A DNA stretch of 64,000 bases from Alphaproteobacteria bacterium (GTDB lineage Bacteria > Pseudomonadota > Alphaproteobacteria > Micropepsales > Micropepsaceae). The notes beneath the pieces are model-generated. The model ran no database searches. It saw only the letters and a list, made by a program, of their open reading frames with translations, and had not been told where the DNA came from. Shown here one piece after another: positions 18,140-32,030 of the stretch. The stretch is from the NCBI GenBank assembly GCA_019242275.1, contig JAFAVT010000077.1, forward strand, positions 9,474 through 73,473, given 5' to 3'. A program made the translations under genes and the position numbers. The stretch's first letter is position 1. Each line of letters starts with the position of its first letter.

Positions 18140-19048
18140 GTGTTTGACGCCGTGCTTATTGCAGGCCCCACCGCCAGCGGCAAGTCAGCCGCGGCGCTGG
18201 CGCTGGCCGAGCATCTGAATGGCGCCGTCATCAACGCCGACTCCATGCAAGTCTATGCCGAGGCGCCGGTGCTGACGGCGCAGCCGAATGCCGATGCCAA
18301 AGACCGCGCCCCGCATCTGCTCTATGGCCACGTCCCGGCGCGTGAACTTTATTCGGTGGGCCGCTATGGGGAGGATGCGCGCGCGGCGCTGGCCAAAGCG
18401 AAGACGATGGGCAAGCTGCCGATCTTTGTCGGCGGCACCGGCATGTATTTCACGGCGCTGGAAGAAGGGCTGGCCGCCATTCCCCCTATTCCTGCCGAAG
18501 TGCGCACCGCGGCACGCGCGCTGTTGGCGGACATCGGTGTCGGCGAACTGCACGCGCGCCTGGCAGCGCGCGATGCGCAAACCGCCGCCGCCTTGCGCCC
18601 CAGCGATCCGCAACGCGTCTTGCGCGCCTGGGAAGTGCTGGAGGCCACCGGCCGGCCGCTTATCGCATGGCAGCGTTCCCCCGCGGCGCCGATCCTTGCC
18701 GGCATGACGCTCGCCCGCTTTGTGCTTGATCCGCCGCGCCCGCACCTGCGCGCTGCCATTGCTGCCCGCTTCGAAGCCTTGGTGGATGCAGGGGGTCTTG
18801 ACGAAGCGCAGGCGCTGGAATGGCTTGATCCCACTTTGCCGGCCGCCAAGCTTTTGGGCTTGCGGCCGCTTCAGGCGCTGGCGCGGGGCGAACTCAGCCG
18901 CGAGCAGGCCCTGACCGAAGCCATCACCGCTACCCGCCAATTCGCCAAACGCCAGATGACCTGGTTTCGCGGCCGCATGAGTCATTATCGCTGGTTCGAC
19001 CCCATGAAAAGCAATATTATTGCCATTTTTGACGAAATTAAAGCATGA
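18140..19048 (+). CDS. miaA: tRNA dimethylallyltransferase MiaA
   Basis: P-loop LIAGPTASGKSAAAL sits right after the proposed GTG 18140 start, followed by INADSMQVY and RQFAKRQMTWFR. The upstream part of the 17717 ORF is antisense to serB. Confidence 0.9.
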   Translation: MFDAVLIAGPTASGKSAAALALAEHLNGAVINADSMQVYAEAPVLTAQPNADAKDRAPHLLYGHVPARELYSVGRYGEDARAALAKAKTMGKLPIFVGGTGMYFTALEEGLAAIPPIPAEVRTAARALLADIGVGELHARLAARDAQTAAALRPSDPQRVLRAWEVLEATGRPLIAWQRSPAAPILAGMTLARFVLDPPRPHLRAAIAARFEALVDAGGLDEAQALEWLDPTLPAAKLLGLRPLQALARGELSREQALTEAITATRQFAKRQMTWFRGRMSHYRWFDPMKSNIIAIFDEIKA

Positions 19049-19174
19049 GATTGCTTGACGACCGCTGCTGGCATCAGTAAATTACGCCGCAATGCACAAT
19101 AATGTCGTATGCCATCTGCCGCCCTGCCGACGAGGCCGCTAAAGCCTCGGATCGGACATGGCGGATATGAGCAA

Positions 19175-19199
19175 GGGGCGGCAACGCCCCTTTCGCTTT
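19175..19199 (+). terminator. Terminator-like hairpin upstream of ilvB (GGGGCG-GCAA-CGCCCC followed by TTTCGCTTT)
   Basis: Read directly. It lies 127 nt after the miaA stop and about 35 nt before the likely ilvB start. It could be the miaA terminator or an ilv attenuator. Confidence 0.45.
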
Positions 19200-19232
19200 G
19201 ATGGCATAAGCGGGACTTCACGAGCGGGTTTG

Positions 19233-21029
19233 ATGATGAGCGAAACCAAAGAAAAGATAGCGGCCAGCGCCGCCGAAACCATGCCACTGGAAACCATGAC
19301 GGGCGCGCAGATGGTGATCCGCGCCCTCAAGGACCAGGGTGTCAGCCACATCTTTGGGTATCCGGGCGGCGCCGTACTGCCGATCTATGACGCACTGTTT
19401 GAAGCCGAAGGCATCGAACACGTTCTCGTCCGTCATGAACAGGGCGCCGCCCATGCCGCGGAAGGCTACGCCCGCTCCACCGGCAAGCCGGGCGTGCTGC
19501 TGGTCACTTCCGGCCCCGGCGCCACCAACGCCGTGACAGGTCTTACTGACGCGCTGATGGATTCCATCCCCATCGTCATGTTGTCCGGCCAGGTGCCCAC
19601 CCACCTGATCGGCACCGACGCCTTCCAGGAATGCGACACGGTCGGCATCACCCGCCCCTGCACCAAGAACAACTGGCTGGTGAAGCATGTGAACGATCTG
19701 TCGCGCACAATTCACGAGGCTTTCGAGATCGCCACCACCGGCCGCCCTGGTCCTGTGGTGGTAGACATTCCGAAAGACATCCAGTTCCAGAGCGGTAGCT
19801 ATGTCGGCCCCCGCGGCCTGCATCACCGCACCTATCGCCCCAGGACCGATCCCGACGCCGCCGCCATTACCCAGGCAGTGGCGATGATGGCGGTAGCGAA
19901 AAGGCCGGTCTTCTATACCGGCGGCGGCATCATCAATTCGGGCCCGCAAGCTTCGCAATTGTTGCGCGAATTGGTGGACCTTACCGGCTTTCCTGTCACT
20001 TCTACATTAATGGGGCTTGGCGCCTTCCCGGCATCGCGGCCGGAATGGCTGGGGATGCTGGGCATGCACGGCACCTGGGAAGCCAACCACGCCATGCATG
20101 ATTGCGACCTGATGATTTGCCTGGGCGCCCGTTTTGACGACCGCGTCACCGGCCGCATTGCCGCCTTTTCGCCGGGGTCGAAAAAAATCCATCTCGATAT
20201 TGACCCCTCGCAGATCAACAAGGTGGTGCGCACCGATCTTGGCATCATCGCCGATGCCGGCAAGGCCATTGCCGCCATGATCGCGGCCTGGAAATCGGGC
20301 GGCCACACCAAACCCGATATTTCCGGCTGGTGGGATCAGATCAACCGCTGGCGGGGGCGCAAGAGCCTTGCCTTCAAACATTCCGATACCCTGATCAAGC
20401 CGCAATACGCCATTGACCGGCTTTACCAACTGACACGCGGCCGCGATGTCTATGTCACCACCGAAGTCGGTCAGCATCAGATGTGGGCGGCGCAGCGCTT
20501 CCATTTCGAACAGCCCAATCGCTGGATGACCTCAGGCGGGCTTGGCACCATGGGCTATGGCCTGCCGGCGGCGGTGGGCGTGCAGGTGGCTCATCCCGAT
20601 GCGCTGGTGATTGATATTGCCGGCGAGGCATCGGTGCAGATGACGATGCAGGAAATGTCTACCGCCATGCAGTATGAACTGCCGATCAAGATCTTCATCC
20701 TCAACAATGAATATATGGGCATGGTGCGCCAGTGGCAGGAATTGCTGCATGGCGGGCGCTATTCCCATTCCTACTCCGAGGCGCTGCCCGATTTCGTGAA
20801 GATGGCGGAGGCCTTTGGCTGTCTGGGCCTGCGCGCGGAAAAACCGGCGGAGCTTGATGCGTCCATTCTGGAAATGATCAACACCCGCCGCCCGGTGCTG
20901 TTCGATTGCCGGGTGGACCCGATGGAAAATATCTTCCCCATGATCCCTTCCGGCGCCGCCCATAACGAAATGATCCTGGGCGATCTCGGCGAAGCCGAAG
21001 TCTCCGCCGCCGGCAAGACCATGGTGTAG
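19233..21029 (+). CDS. ilvB: Acetolactate synthase (acetohydroxyacid synthase) large subunit
   Basis: Sequence MTGAQMVIRALKDQGVSHIFGYPGGAVLPIYDAL, with the TPP-binding motif GGLGTMGYGLPAAVG...NNEYMGMV. The start is uncertain (ATG 19158, 19233 or 19236). Confidence 0.95.
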   Translation: MMSETKEKIAASAAETMPLETMTGAQMVIRALKDQGVSHIFGYPGGAVLPIYDALFEAEGIEHVLVRHEQGAAHAAEGYARSTGKPGVLLVTSGPGATNAVTGLTDALMDSIPIVMLSGQVPTHLIGTDAFQECDTVGITRPCTKNNWLVKHVNDLSRTIHEAFEIATTGRPGPVVVDIPKDIQFQSGSYVGPRGLHHRTYRPRTDPDAAAITQAVAMMAVAKRPVFYTGGGIINSGPQASQLLRELVDLTGFPVTSTLMGLGAFPASRPEWLGMLGMHGTWEANHAMHDCDLMICLGARFDDRVTGRIAAFSPGSKKIHLDIDPSQINKVVRTDLGIIADAGKAIAAMIAAWKSGGHTKPDISGWWDQINRWRGRKSLAFKHSDTLIKPQYAIDRLYQLTRGRDVYVTTEVGQHQMWAAQRFHFEQPNRWMTSGGLGTMGYGLPAAVGVQVAHPDALVIDIAGEASVQMTMQEMSTAMQYELPIKIFILNNEYMGMVRQWQELLHGGRYSHSYSEALPDFVKMAEAFGCLGLRAEKPAELDASILEMINTRRPVLFDCRVDPMENIFPMIPSGAAHNEMILGDLGEAEVSAAGKTMV

Positions 21030-21033
21030 GCCG

Positions 21034-21557
21034 ATGCTCTACGAAAAAGACACCGGCACCACCGTACGCGAAAGCCACACCATCACCGTCCTGGTGGACA
21101 ATGAAGCCGGTGTGCTGGCCCGGGTCATCGGCCTGTTTTCCGGGCGCGGCTACAACATTGAAAGCCTGACGGTGGCGGAAGTGGACCCCGCCGCCCACAC
21201 CTCGCGCATCACCATCGTCACCTCGGGCACGCCGCAGGTTATCGAGCAGATCGAGGCGCAACTGGCCCGCCTGGTGCCGGTGCACAAGGTCAACAATTGG
21301 ACCAGCCAGGAAGGCGGCATCGAGCGCGAAATGGCCCTGGTCAAGGTGGCGGGCAGCGGCGACGCCCCGATGAAGGCGCTGCGCCTGGCCGATACCTTCC
21401 GCGCCCGCACCGTGGACACGACCCAATCCAGCTTTGTCTTTGAGATCACCGGGGCGCCGGCCAAGATCAATGCCTTTATCGAGGAACTGCGGCCGCTGGG
21501 CCTGATTGACGTCTCCCGCACCGGCGTCGCCGCCATGAGCCGCGGCCCGGAAGCGAT

Positions 21558-21561
<4 letters not shown>
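21034..21561 (+). CDS. ilvN: Acetolactate synthase small (regulatory) subunit
   Basis: 175 aa with an ACT domain: HTITVLVDNEAGVLARVIGLFSGRGYNIESLTV. It lies directly downstream of ilvB. Confidence 0.95.
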
Positions 21562-23308
<1,747 letters not shown>

Positions 23309-23310
<2 letters not shown>

Positions 23311-23332
23311 CAGCGCGCCAAAGCGCCCTGTC
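23309..23332 (+). terminator. Hairpin immediately after ilvC stop (GACAGCGCGC-CAAA-GCGCCCTGTC, one mismatch)
   Basis: Read directly. No T-tract follows it. Confidence 0.4.
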
Positions 23333-23357
23333 ATCCCCGGCGAGCCGCGCCCAGCGG

Positions 23358-23424
23358 CGAGGGAAGGGGATCCAGGCTGCTTAAAGCGAGTCCGGTCTTT
23401 CCAACCTGGGTTTCCCTCCCCTCG
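23358..23424. repeat. Imperfect inverted repeat (cgagggaaggggatccagg ... cctgggtttccctcccctcg)
   Basis: Read directly. It belongs to the GGGAGGG/CCCTCCC hairpin class also seen at 5245-5470. Confidence 0.6.
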
Positions 23425-23469
23425 CATTGCTGATGCAACGCTTGGCCGGGAATAACAAATGAGGATGAA

Positions 23470-23949
23470 ATGACCACCCGTCCCCCCATTCCCGAACCGC
23501 CCCATCAGGGCGGTTGTCTTTGCGGCAAGGTGCGCTACAGCCTGAACGCACGGCCGCTGGCGGTGAACGCTTGCCACTGCACCGACTGCCAGAAGCTGAC
23601 CGGCGCCACCAACTTCCTGGTGGTGATCGCGCCCAGCGAGCCATTCACCAGCACCGGCGAAACCCAGAGCTATATCAAGAAGGCCGACTCCGGCCGCGAA
23701 CTTGATATCCGCCGCTGCCCCAATTGCGGCAGCCGGCTCTGGCATCACAATCTTTCCAACCCGGCCTTGGTCTTCATCGCCGCCGGCACACTGGACGACC
23801 CTTCCTGGGTGGTCCCGACTTCTCATATCTGGGTGAAACGGGCGGCGCCTTCGGTACTGATTCAGGATGATGCGCTGGTGGTGGACGGCCCACCCGCCGA
23901 GCGCGCCCTCTTGTTTGAAGCGTTTGACCGCCTCTATCCGCCGCGCTGA
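23470..23949 (+). CDS. GFA family protein (CENP-V/glutathione-dependent formaldehyde-activating enzyme-like zinc protein)
   Basis: Cys pattern GGCLCGKVRY...CHCTDCQKLTG...RRCPNCGSRLWH is typical of the GFA family. Confidence 0.85.
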   Translation: MTTRPPIPEPPHQGGCLCGKVRYSLNARPLAVNACHCTDCQKLTGATNFLVVIAPSEPFTSTGETQSYIKKADSGRELDIRRCPNCGSRLWHHNLSNPALVFIAAGTLDDPSWVVPTSHIWVKRAAPSVLIQDDALVVDGPPAERALLFEAFDRLYPPR

Positions 23950-24010
23950 CGCCTCACGGCGACACGACCAGAGCGGCGTCGCTGCGGAGCAAGCCCTCAC
24001 CAGCTTGTCC

Positions 24011-24102
24011 TGGCCCGCAACAGCGGGCCATCCAGGTGACACGGACTCAATTTATGAAGGCAGCACTCTACGCTCAACTGGGTGGCCCGCTTTCGCGGGC
24101 CA
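24011..24102. repeat. Two REP-like hairpins with identical stems (tggcccgc-N4-gcgggcca)
   Basis: Hairpins at 24011-24030 (loop aaca) and 24083-24102 (loop tttc). They lie between convergent genes. Confidence 0.75.
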
Positions 24103-24132
24103 TGACATTTAACTGAATTCAGTCGCGCAGAC

Positions 24133-25422
24133 TTATGTCGGATTCTCCAGGCTGAACAATTCTGCATCATCATCATACGAAAACAACTCGCTGAACCGCG
24201 CCCAGGAGACCACGGTCTTCAGCGTCTCTTCCGCGGCGTCCTCGGCCATATGATCTTCCAGTTCGTCCAGGAACCGCCGATAGGGCGCCGAATGGCTGGC
24301 GCGCTCATCCAGCACCTTGCGGATATGCCCCGCCAGCGGCACATGGTTCTGCAAGGCGCGGGAAAAAATTTCCTTGCGCTCATTCAGTTCGCCGTCGGCA
24401 AAGCGTTTGCCCATATGGGTAAGCTTGATATCGCCGCCTTCCACATCGGCCAGGCGCAATAACTGCATCGCTTCCGCCACGGGAAAAAGCTCGTCCACTT
24501 CCAGTTCCTGCTCATAGGCGATGTCGGGCAGGTCGGCCTTGCCATCATAGGGCGCCGCCGCCAGGGCTTCGACCAGACCGGAAATCTGGTTGGGCGAAAC
24601 ATGAGTCAGCGGCATGTCAAGAAAGCTGGTCCCCTGTTGCTGCTGGCGCATCCGTTCCACCCGCCGGGCCGTCATCTCGACATAGATGCGATCCACATAA
24701 TCCTCAAAGGCGGGGCTGGTGCGCTCGCGTGGCTGCGGCAGGTCAATCCGCACTTCCGAACTGACCTTTGCCGGGCTGGCCGAAAACAGCAGTACCCGGT
24801 CGCACATCAGCACTGCTTCCTCGATATTGTGCGTCACCAGGATGATGCCCTTGGTGGGCAACTGCTTCTTGCCCCACAGCTCGATCAAATCGGTGCGCAG
24901 ATTTTCCGCCGTCAGCACATCCAGGGCGCTGAAAGGCTCGTCCATCAGAAGAATGTTGGGATGGACGACAATGGCGCGGGCAAAACCTACCCGCTGGCGC
25001 ATGCCGCCGGACAATTCGCGCGGGTAAGCGCTTTCATAACCGTCCAGGCCGATCAGATCTATCGCGGCCAGGGCGCGCCGGCGGATCTCGCTTTCCGGCA
25101 GACCCAGCGCTTCCAGCCCCAATTCCACATTTTGCAGCACCGTCATCCAGGGAAACAGGGCAAAACCCTGAAACACCATGGCGACGCCTTGCGCCGGGCC
25201 ATTGATGGGAGCGCCCATATAGGTGAGCGAGCCGCCTTGCGGGCTGGCCAGGCCCGCGATCAGGCGCAGCAGGGTGGATTTGCCTGAGCCGGAGCGGCCC
25301 AAGAGGCCGACAATCTCGCCTTCCTTCAAGCTGAGATTGACGTCTTCCAGCACCAGCAATTCCTCGCCGCCGCTGCGGGGGAAAGAGCGCCGCACATTCC
25401 TGACTTCCAGAAGCTCGTTCAT
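24133..25422 (-). CDS. ABC transporter ATP-binding protein (nitrate/sulfonate/bicarbonate-type) with extra C-terminal domain
   Basis: 429 aa. Motifs: Walker [10 protein letters not shown], signature LSGGMRQR, Walker [12 protein letters not shown]. About 170 extra C-terminal residues follow, resembling the AAA-associated domain of this subfamily. Confidence 0.88.
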   Translation of the reverse strand: MNELLEVRNVRRSFPRSGGEELLVLEDVNLSLKEGEIVGLLGRSGSGKSTLLRLIAGLASPQGGSLTYMGAPINGPAQGVAMVFQGFALFPWMTVLQNVELGLEALGLPESEIRRRALAAIDLIGLDGYESAYPRELSGGMRQRVGFARAIVVHPNILLMDEPFSALDVLTAENLRTDLIELWGKKQLPTKGIILVTHNIEEAVLMCDRVLLFSASPAKVSSEVRIDLPQPRERTSPAFEDYVDRIYVEMTARRVERMRQQQQGTSFLDMPLTHVSPNQISGLVEALAAAPYDGKADLPDIAYEQELEVDELFPVAEAMQLLRLADVEGGDIKLTHMGKRFADGELNERKEIFSRALQNHVPLAGHIRKVLDERASHSAPYRRFLDELEDHMAEDAAEETLKTVVSWARFSELFSYDDDAELFSLENPT

Positions 25423-25432
25423 CTCGTCCTCA

Positions 25433-27157
25433 TCAGTTCAGCCGGTATTTGCGCTCCGCCAGCCAGTAAAGCGGCTGCCAGAACAGGCGGTTCACCACCA
25501 CCACGAAAAACGCCATCACCGCCATCCCCAGCACGACATGGCGAAAGTCGCCGCTGTAGGTGGCGTTGGTGATATAGGCCCCAAGGCCGTGCGCCTGAAG
25601 CTTGATGTTCCCCCAATAGGCCACCTCTGCCAGCACCGAAGCATTCCAGGTGCCGCCCGAGGCAGTGATGGCGCCGGTGAGATAGTACGGAAAAATCGCG
25701 GGCAGCACGATGCGCTTCCACCATAGCCAGCCTTTGACGCCGAAATTGTCGCCGGCATCCAAGAGGTCGCGGGGAATGGTACTGGCGCCGCTGATGACAT
25801 TGAAAAGGATGTACCATTGCGTTCCCAGCACCATCAGGGGCGACAGCCAGATTTCAGGATTGAGCTTCCAGGCCACGATCACCGACACGGCCAGCGGAAA
25901 CAGAATATTGGCGGGAAAGGCGGCGAAGAATTGCGCCACCGGCTGGACGATGCCGGTCAAGCGCGGGCGCATGCCGACATAAACTCCGATCGGCGTCCAG
26001 ATCAGGCTGGCGATGAGGGTCAGCACCACCACCCGCGCCATGGTGAGAAGGCCCAGCCAGATGGTCCAGCCCAGATCGCCCCAGGTGAAGCTGGCGGTGG
26101 AGAATTGCCAGATGCGCCAGAAACAGAAGCTGCCCAGCGCGGCCAGAATGCCGTACCAGGCAAAGTCGGCGGCGCGACCCCCATCATCACGCAAGGCGGC
26201 GCGCATGCCGAAATTCGGTGGGGTGAAGCGATAGCTCCAACGCATCATCTGCTCGAAGGGCGCCGTCAGCCAGTCAATCAGCCGCGAGCGCCTAAGCATG
26301 GTCAGCACCCAGCTTTGCGGTGCTTCTTCCTTCTGGTCGTCACCGACATGGAACCGATCGGCCCAGGCCACCAGCGGGCGAAACAGAAGCTGGTCAAAGA
26401 TCAGGATCACCACCAGCATGGCCGCGATGGCATAGAAGATGGCGGCCAGATTTTTCTGGGCAATGGCAACCGCGATCCAACTGCCGATGCCGGGCAGGGC
26501 AATGGTGGTGCTGCCGACGCTGATGGCCTCGGCCATGGTGACAAAGAACCAGCCGCCCGCCATGGACATCATCATGTTCCAGATCAGCGGCGGGGCGGCG
26601 AAGGGCGCCTCGATCCGCCAAAAGCGGGCCCAGGAGGAGAGTCCGAACATGCGGCCGGCTTCGGCCAGGTCTTCCGGCACGGTGCGCAAGGATTGATAGA
26701 AGCTGAAGGCCATGTTCCAGGCCTGGCTGGTAAAGATGGCGAACAGACAGGCCAGTTCAGCGCCGAACACCCGCCCGGGCGACAGAGAGAGGAACCAGAC
26801 TGTCGTGACCGAAAGAAAGCCCAGGATGGGCACCGATTGCAGCACATCCAACAGCGGCACCAGCAGCAAGCCGGCGCGCGGATTCTTCGCTGCCCAGGTG
26901 GCGTAGGTGAATGTGAAAAGCAGCGAAGCGCCCATCGCCAACAGCATGCGAAAGGCGGTGCGCAGCGCATAACCGGGCAAGAGGCCGGGATCGAGGCTGA
27001 GATGGCCGCCGGTGACGGTGGAAAGCGGTTGCACCAGGCCGCGGCTGACATCGGCGAACAGCACAATGAAGCCAAGCACCAGCAGCGCCGCCAGCAGGTC
27101 CCAGCGGTTGGGAAGCAGGCGACGTCCTTCGATCGAGATGGGCGGCAGGATCTTCAT
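25433..27157 (-). CDS. ABC transporter permease, duplicated (two fused permease modules)
   Basis: Start set at [25 protein letters not shown] (ATG 27157). It has about 12 TM segments with two BPD-type permease repeats. Only 10 nt separate it from the ATPase gene. Confidence 0.85.
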   Translation of the reverse strand: MKILPPISIEGRRLLPNRWDLLAALLVLGFIVLFADVSRGLVQPLSTVTGGHLSLDPGLLPGYALRTAFRMLLAMGASLLFTFTYATWAAKNPRAGLLLVPLLDVLQSVPILGFLSVTTVWFLSLSPGRVFGAELACLFAIFTSQAWNMAFSFYQSLRTVPEDLAEAGRMFGLSSWARFWRIEAPFAAPPLIWNMMMSMAGGWFFVTMAEAISVGSTTIALPGIGSWIAVAIAQKNLAAIFYAIAAMLVVILIFDQLLFRPLVAWADRFHVGDDQKEEAPQSWVLTMLRRSRLIDWLTAPFEQMMRWSYRFTPPNFGMRAALRDDGGRAADFAWYGILAALGSFCFWRIWQFSTASFTWGDLGWTIWLGLLTMARVVVLTLIASLIWTPIGVYVGMRPRLTGIVQPVAQFFAAFPANILFPLAVSVIVAWKLNPEIWLSPLMVLGTQWYILFNVISGASTIPRDLLDAGDNFGVKGWLWWKRIVLPAIFPYYLTGAITASGGTWNASVLAEVAYWGNIKLQAHGLGAYITNATYSGDFRHVVLGMAVMAFFVVVVNRLFWQPLYWLAERKYRLN

Positions 27158-27546
27158 ATCCCGGCCTCGAAGGGTTGAAACGATGGCAGTTTTTCGGATG
27201 CGGCGCCGCGAACGGAACCGCGAGGGCAGACAATCACTTTGCCGGCAGGGACGCAAAGCAAAGATTGCGAGGCGATTCAGCGCGGTACGCCGGGTCTGGT
27301 TGGGACTGTCTGAGGCTTGGTAGGGCGTCAGGACGATGAGGCTCTGCGGCACGGCGAAGCGCCAGATGTGTCCTCCGTAAACTTGTAAATCCTTGGAACG
27401 GAAAAGTTTTTCAGTAAAGCCGCCCTGTGACGCTTGCGCCACACCGGGAAATCGGCGTAAAACCCTGCCACGACAAGGAAAAATCAGTCGGCATCGCCGC
27501 TGCTTGGCCTTGTCCTCGCATCGGCGGGCGGAACGGCAACAGGACC

Positions 27547-27703
27547 ATGAGCAACGACGTGTGCATTGCGGAAATGGAAGGCGGCAATGCCGTCTTTATC
27601 CGCACGCGCGCCGCTGCTGTGGCCCGTCCTTCCTCTTCGCGCGCGCTTCTTCTGCTTAGCTGCCCCTAGGCACATTCGGCGCCTTGGGTGCGCCTTGTGT
27701 TTT
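27547..27703 (+). promoter_or_regulatory. Candidate leuA leader peptide (Leu x4) plus weak terminator-like hairpin
   Basis: The 40-codon ORF MSNDVCIAEMEGGNAVFIRTRAAAVARPSSSRALLLLSCP* carries CTT CTT CTG CTT at 27646-27657 and stops at 27667-27669. A hairpin GGCGC-N7-GCGCC at 27678-27694 is followed by TTGTGTTTT. The leuA ATG is at 27761. Confidence 0.35.
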
Positions 27704-27760
27704 GGGGACAGAGAAAAGGAGAAACCTGGCGCCCGCGCGGCGGAATGAAGGACACGTTTC

Positions 27761-30458
<2,698 letters not shown>

Positions 30459-30489
30459 TCCACGACGCGGGCAAGGGGCCGCGTGATTT

Positions 30490-31491
30490 ATGGCCAACGG
30501 CACCTGGAAAATCGCTCGCCGCGGCAATGCCCAGCTTCCGCTGGTCATCGTGCTGGTTTTGGCAGTGGTGCTGGTGCTGGTGGGCAAGGCCCAGAGCGGC
30601 CTGTTCGATCATGCCCGGGCCCGTATCACCGATGCGATGGCGCCTCTGCTGGAAGATGTCCGCGCCCCGCTGGACGGCGTCCAGCGCTGGATGAGCTCCA
30701 TTGGCAATATCTTCAGCGTCTATAGCGAAAATCTCCGCCTGAAAGAGGAGAATGCGCGCCTGCGCCAATGGCGTAACACGTCGGTGGTGCTGGAAGGCCG
30801 CCTCCAGCATTACGAGGCGCTGTTGCATGCGGTGCCGGACCAGAAGCTGCATGCCGCGCTGGCCCGCGTGGTTGGCCGCACCAGCCATCCCTTTTTGCGC
30901 ACCATGATCCTGGACGCCGGCAGTGACGACGGCGCCAAGGCGGGCCAGGCCGTGATGGATGAGAAAGGCATGGTCGGCCGGCTCTTCCTCACCGGCAAAC
31001 ACACTTCCTGGGTGATCCTGCTCACCGACATCAACAGCCGCGTGCCCGTCACGGTGGCGCCGGGTTCGGTGCAGGCAATTTTGGCGGGCGACAATTCCGC
31101 CGCCCCCAAGCTGGATCTTTTGCTCTCCACCGCCAAGGTCAAGCCGGGCGACCAGGTGGTGTCGTCGGGCGATGGCGGCCTTCTGCCGCCGGCTCTGCCC
31201 ATCGGTACGGTGGTGCAAGACGGCAATGGCCTGCGGGTGGCGCTGTTGGCCGATGCCACCCAGAGCGAAAGCGTGGAGATTCTGAACTTTGCCCGCGCCC
31301 CCGAAACGCCGCCGGCGACAAGCCAGCTTCCCGCCGAGGCGGCGGGCCTTAAGCCGCTGGCGCCCCCGCCGCCCGCCGCGCCCACACCATCTGCCACGCC
31401 GGCGACGCCGCCACCGGCGCCATTACCCAAGCTGAAAATGCCCGTCATTCCGTCCACCACGACGGCTTCGGGCGGATCAGCGCCGGAGTAG
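30490..31491 (+). CDS. mreC: Rod shape-determining protein MreC
   Basis: 333 aa with an N-terminal TM and a coiled coil (ENLRLKEENARLRQW). MreC beta-barrel region GQAVMDEKGMVGRLF...DINSRVPV is followed by a Pro-rich tail. Confidence 0.92.
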   Translation: MANGTWKIARRGNAQLPLVIVLVLAVVLVLVGKAQSGLFDHARARITDAMAPLLEDVRAPLDGVQRWMSSIGNIFSVYSENLRLKEENARLRQWRNTSVVLEGRLQHYEALLHAVPDQKLHAALARVVGRTSHPFLRTMILDAGSDDGAKAGQAVMDEKGMVGRLFLTGKHTSWVILLTDINSRVPVTVAPGSVQAILAGDNSAAPKLDLLLSTAKVKPGDQVVSSGDGGLLPPALPIGTVVQDGNGLRVALLADATQSESVEILNFARAPETPPATSQLPAEAAGLKPLAPPPPAAPTPSATPATPPPAPLPKLKMPVIPSTTTASGGSAPE

Positions 31492-31493
31492 CG

Positions 31494-32030
31494 ATGGGAA
31501 CCACCGAACGCCTCTATGCACCGGCCTTCCTGCGCGTTCTGGCGGCGCTGGTGCCGCTTCTCTGCGGTCTTCTGGGCGTCTTCATCGCCAATATCCCGAT
31601 TTCGCTGGCCGGCGGCCTGGTGCCGGCGCCGCTCCTGGGCCTGATCCCGCTTTATTTCTGGTGTTTGGTGCGCCCGGACTTGATGACTCCGGCCGCCGCC
31701 TTCGCCATCGGCTTGCTGCAAGATGTGATGAGCGGTGCACCGCCCGGGGTCTGGACCTTGGGCTTTGTCGTCGCCTATGCCGTGGTGGCGCGCCAGCGGG
31801 ACAGTTTTGCCGGGCTGTCGGGTTTTGCCGCCGTGCTGGGTTTTGCCGCCGCAGCCCTGGCTGCCTCAATCACCGCAACCCTGGCGGTCCTGCTGCTTTA
31901 TTCCGTCACGCCCTCATTGGGCGCTTTGGGGGCGGAACTTGCCATGACCGTGACCGCTTACATACCTGGCGCCCTGCTGGTGAGCCTGTTGCATCACCGC
32001 CTGGTCGGCCCGCTTCGGAGTGACTTCTGA
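31494..32030 (+). CDS. mreD: Rod shape-determining protein MreD
   Basis: 178-aa polytopic membrane protein lying between mreC and mrdA. Confidence 0.85.
   Translation: MGTTERLYAPAFLRVLAALVPLLCGLLGVFIANIPISLAGGLVPAPLLGLIPLYFWCLVRPDLMTPAAAFAIGLLQDVMSGAPPGVWTLGFVVAYAVVARQRDSFAGLSGFAAVLGFAAAALAASITATLAVLLLYSVTPSLGALGAELAMTVTAYIPGALLVSLLHHRLVGPLRSDF

Noticed and set aside
19045-19232. Classical Ile/Val/Leu leader peptide for ilvBN
   Set aside because: I translated every short ORF in the spacer, and none contains a run of branched-chain codons. Only the hairpin is reported.
25817-27178. 453-aa plus-strand ORF opposite the ABC permease, and the similar 39767-41410 (opposite the cytochrome c-sugar dehydrogenase), 14144-15439 (opposite apbC), 46596-48077 and 52647-53936
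   Set aside because: All are antisense to genes with strong motif support. Their composition (His/Arg/Gly/Gln-rich) is typical of non-coding frames.
27158-27546. Additional gene in the 600-bp region between the ABC permease and leuA (ORFs 27393-27659 and 27411-27605)
   Set aside because: There is no motif, no Shine-Dalgarno and the composition is poor. The region is more plausibly two divergent promoter/leader regions.
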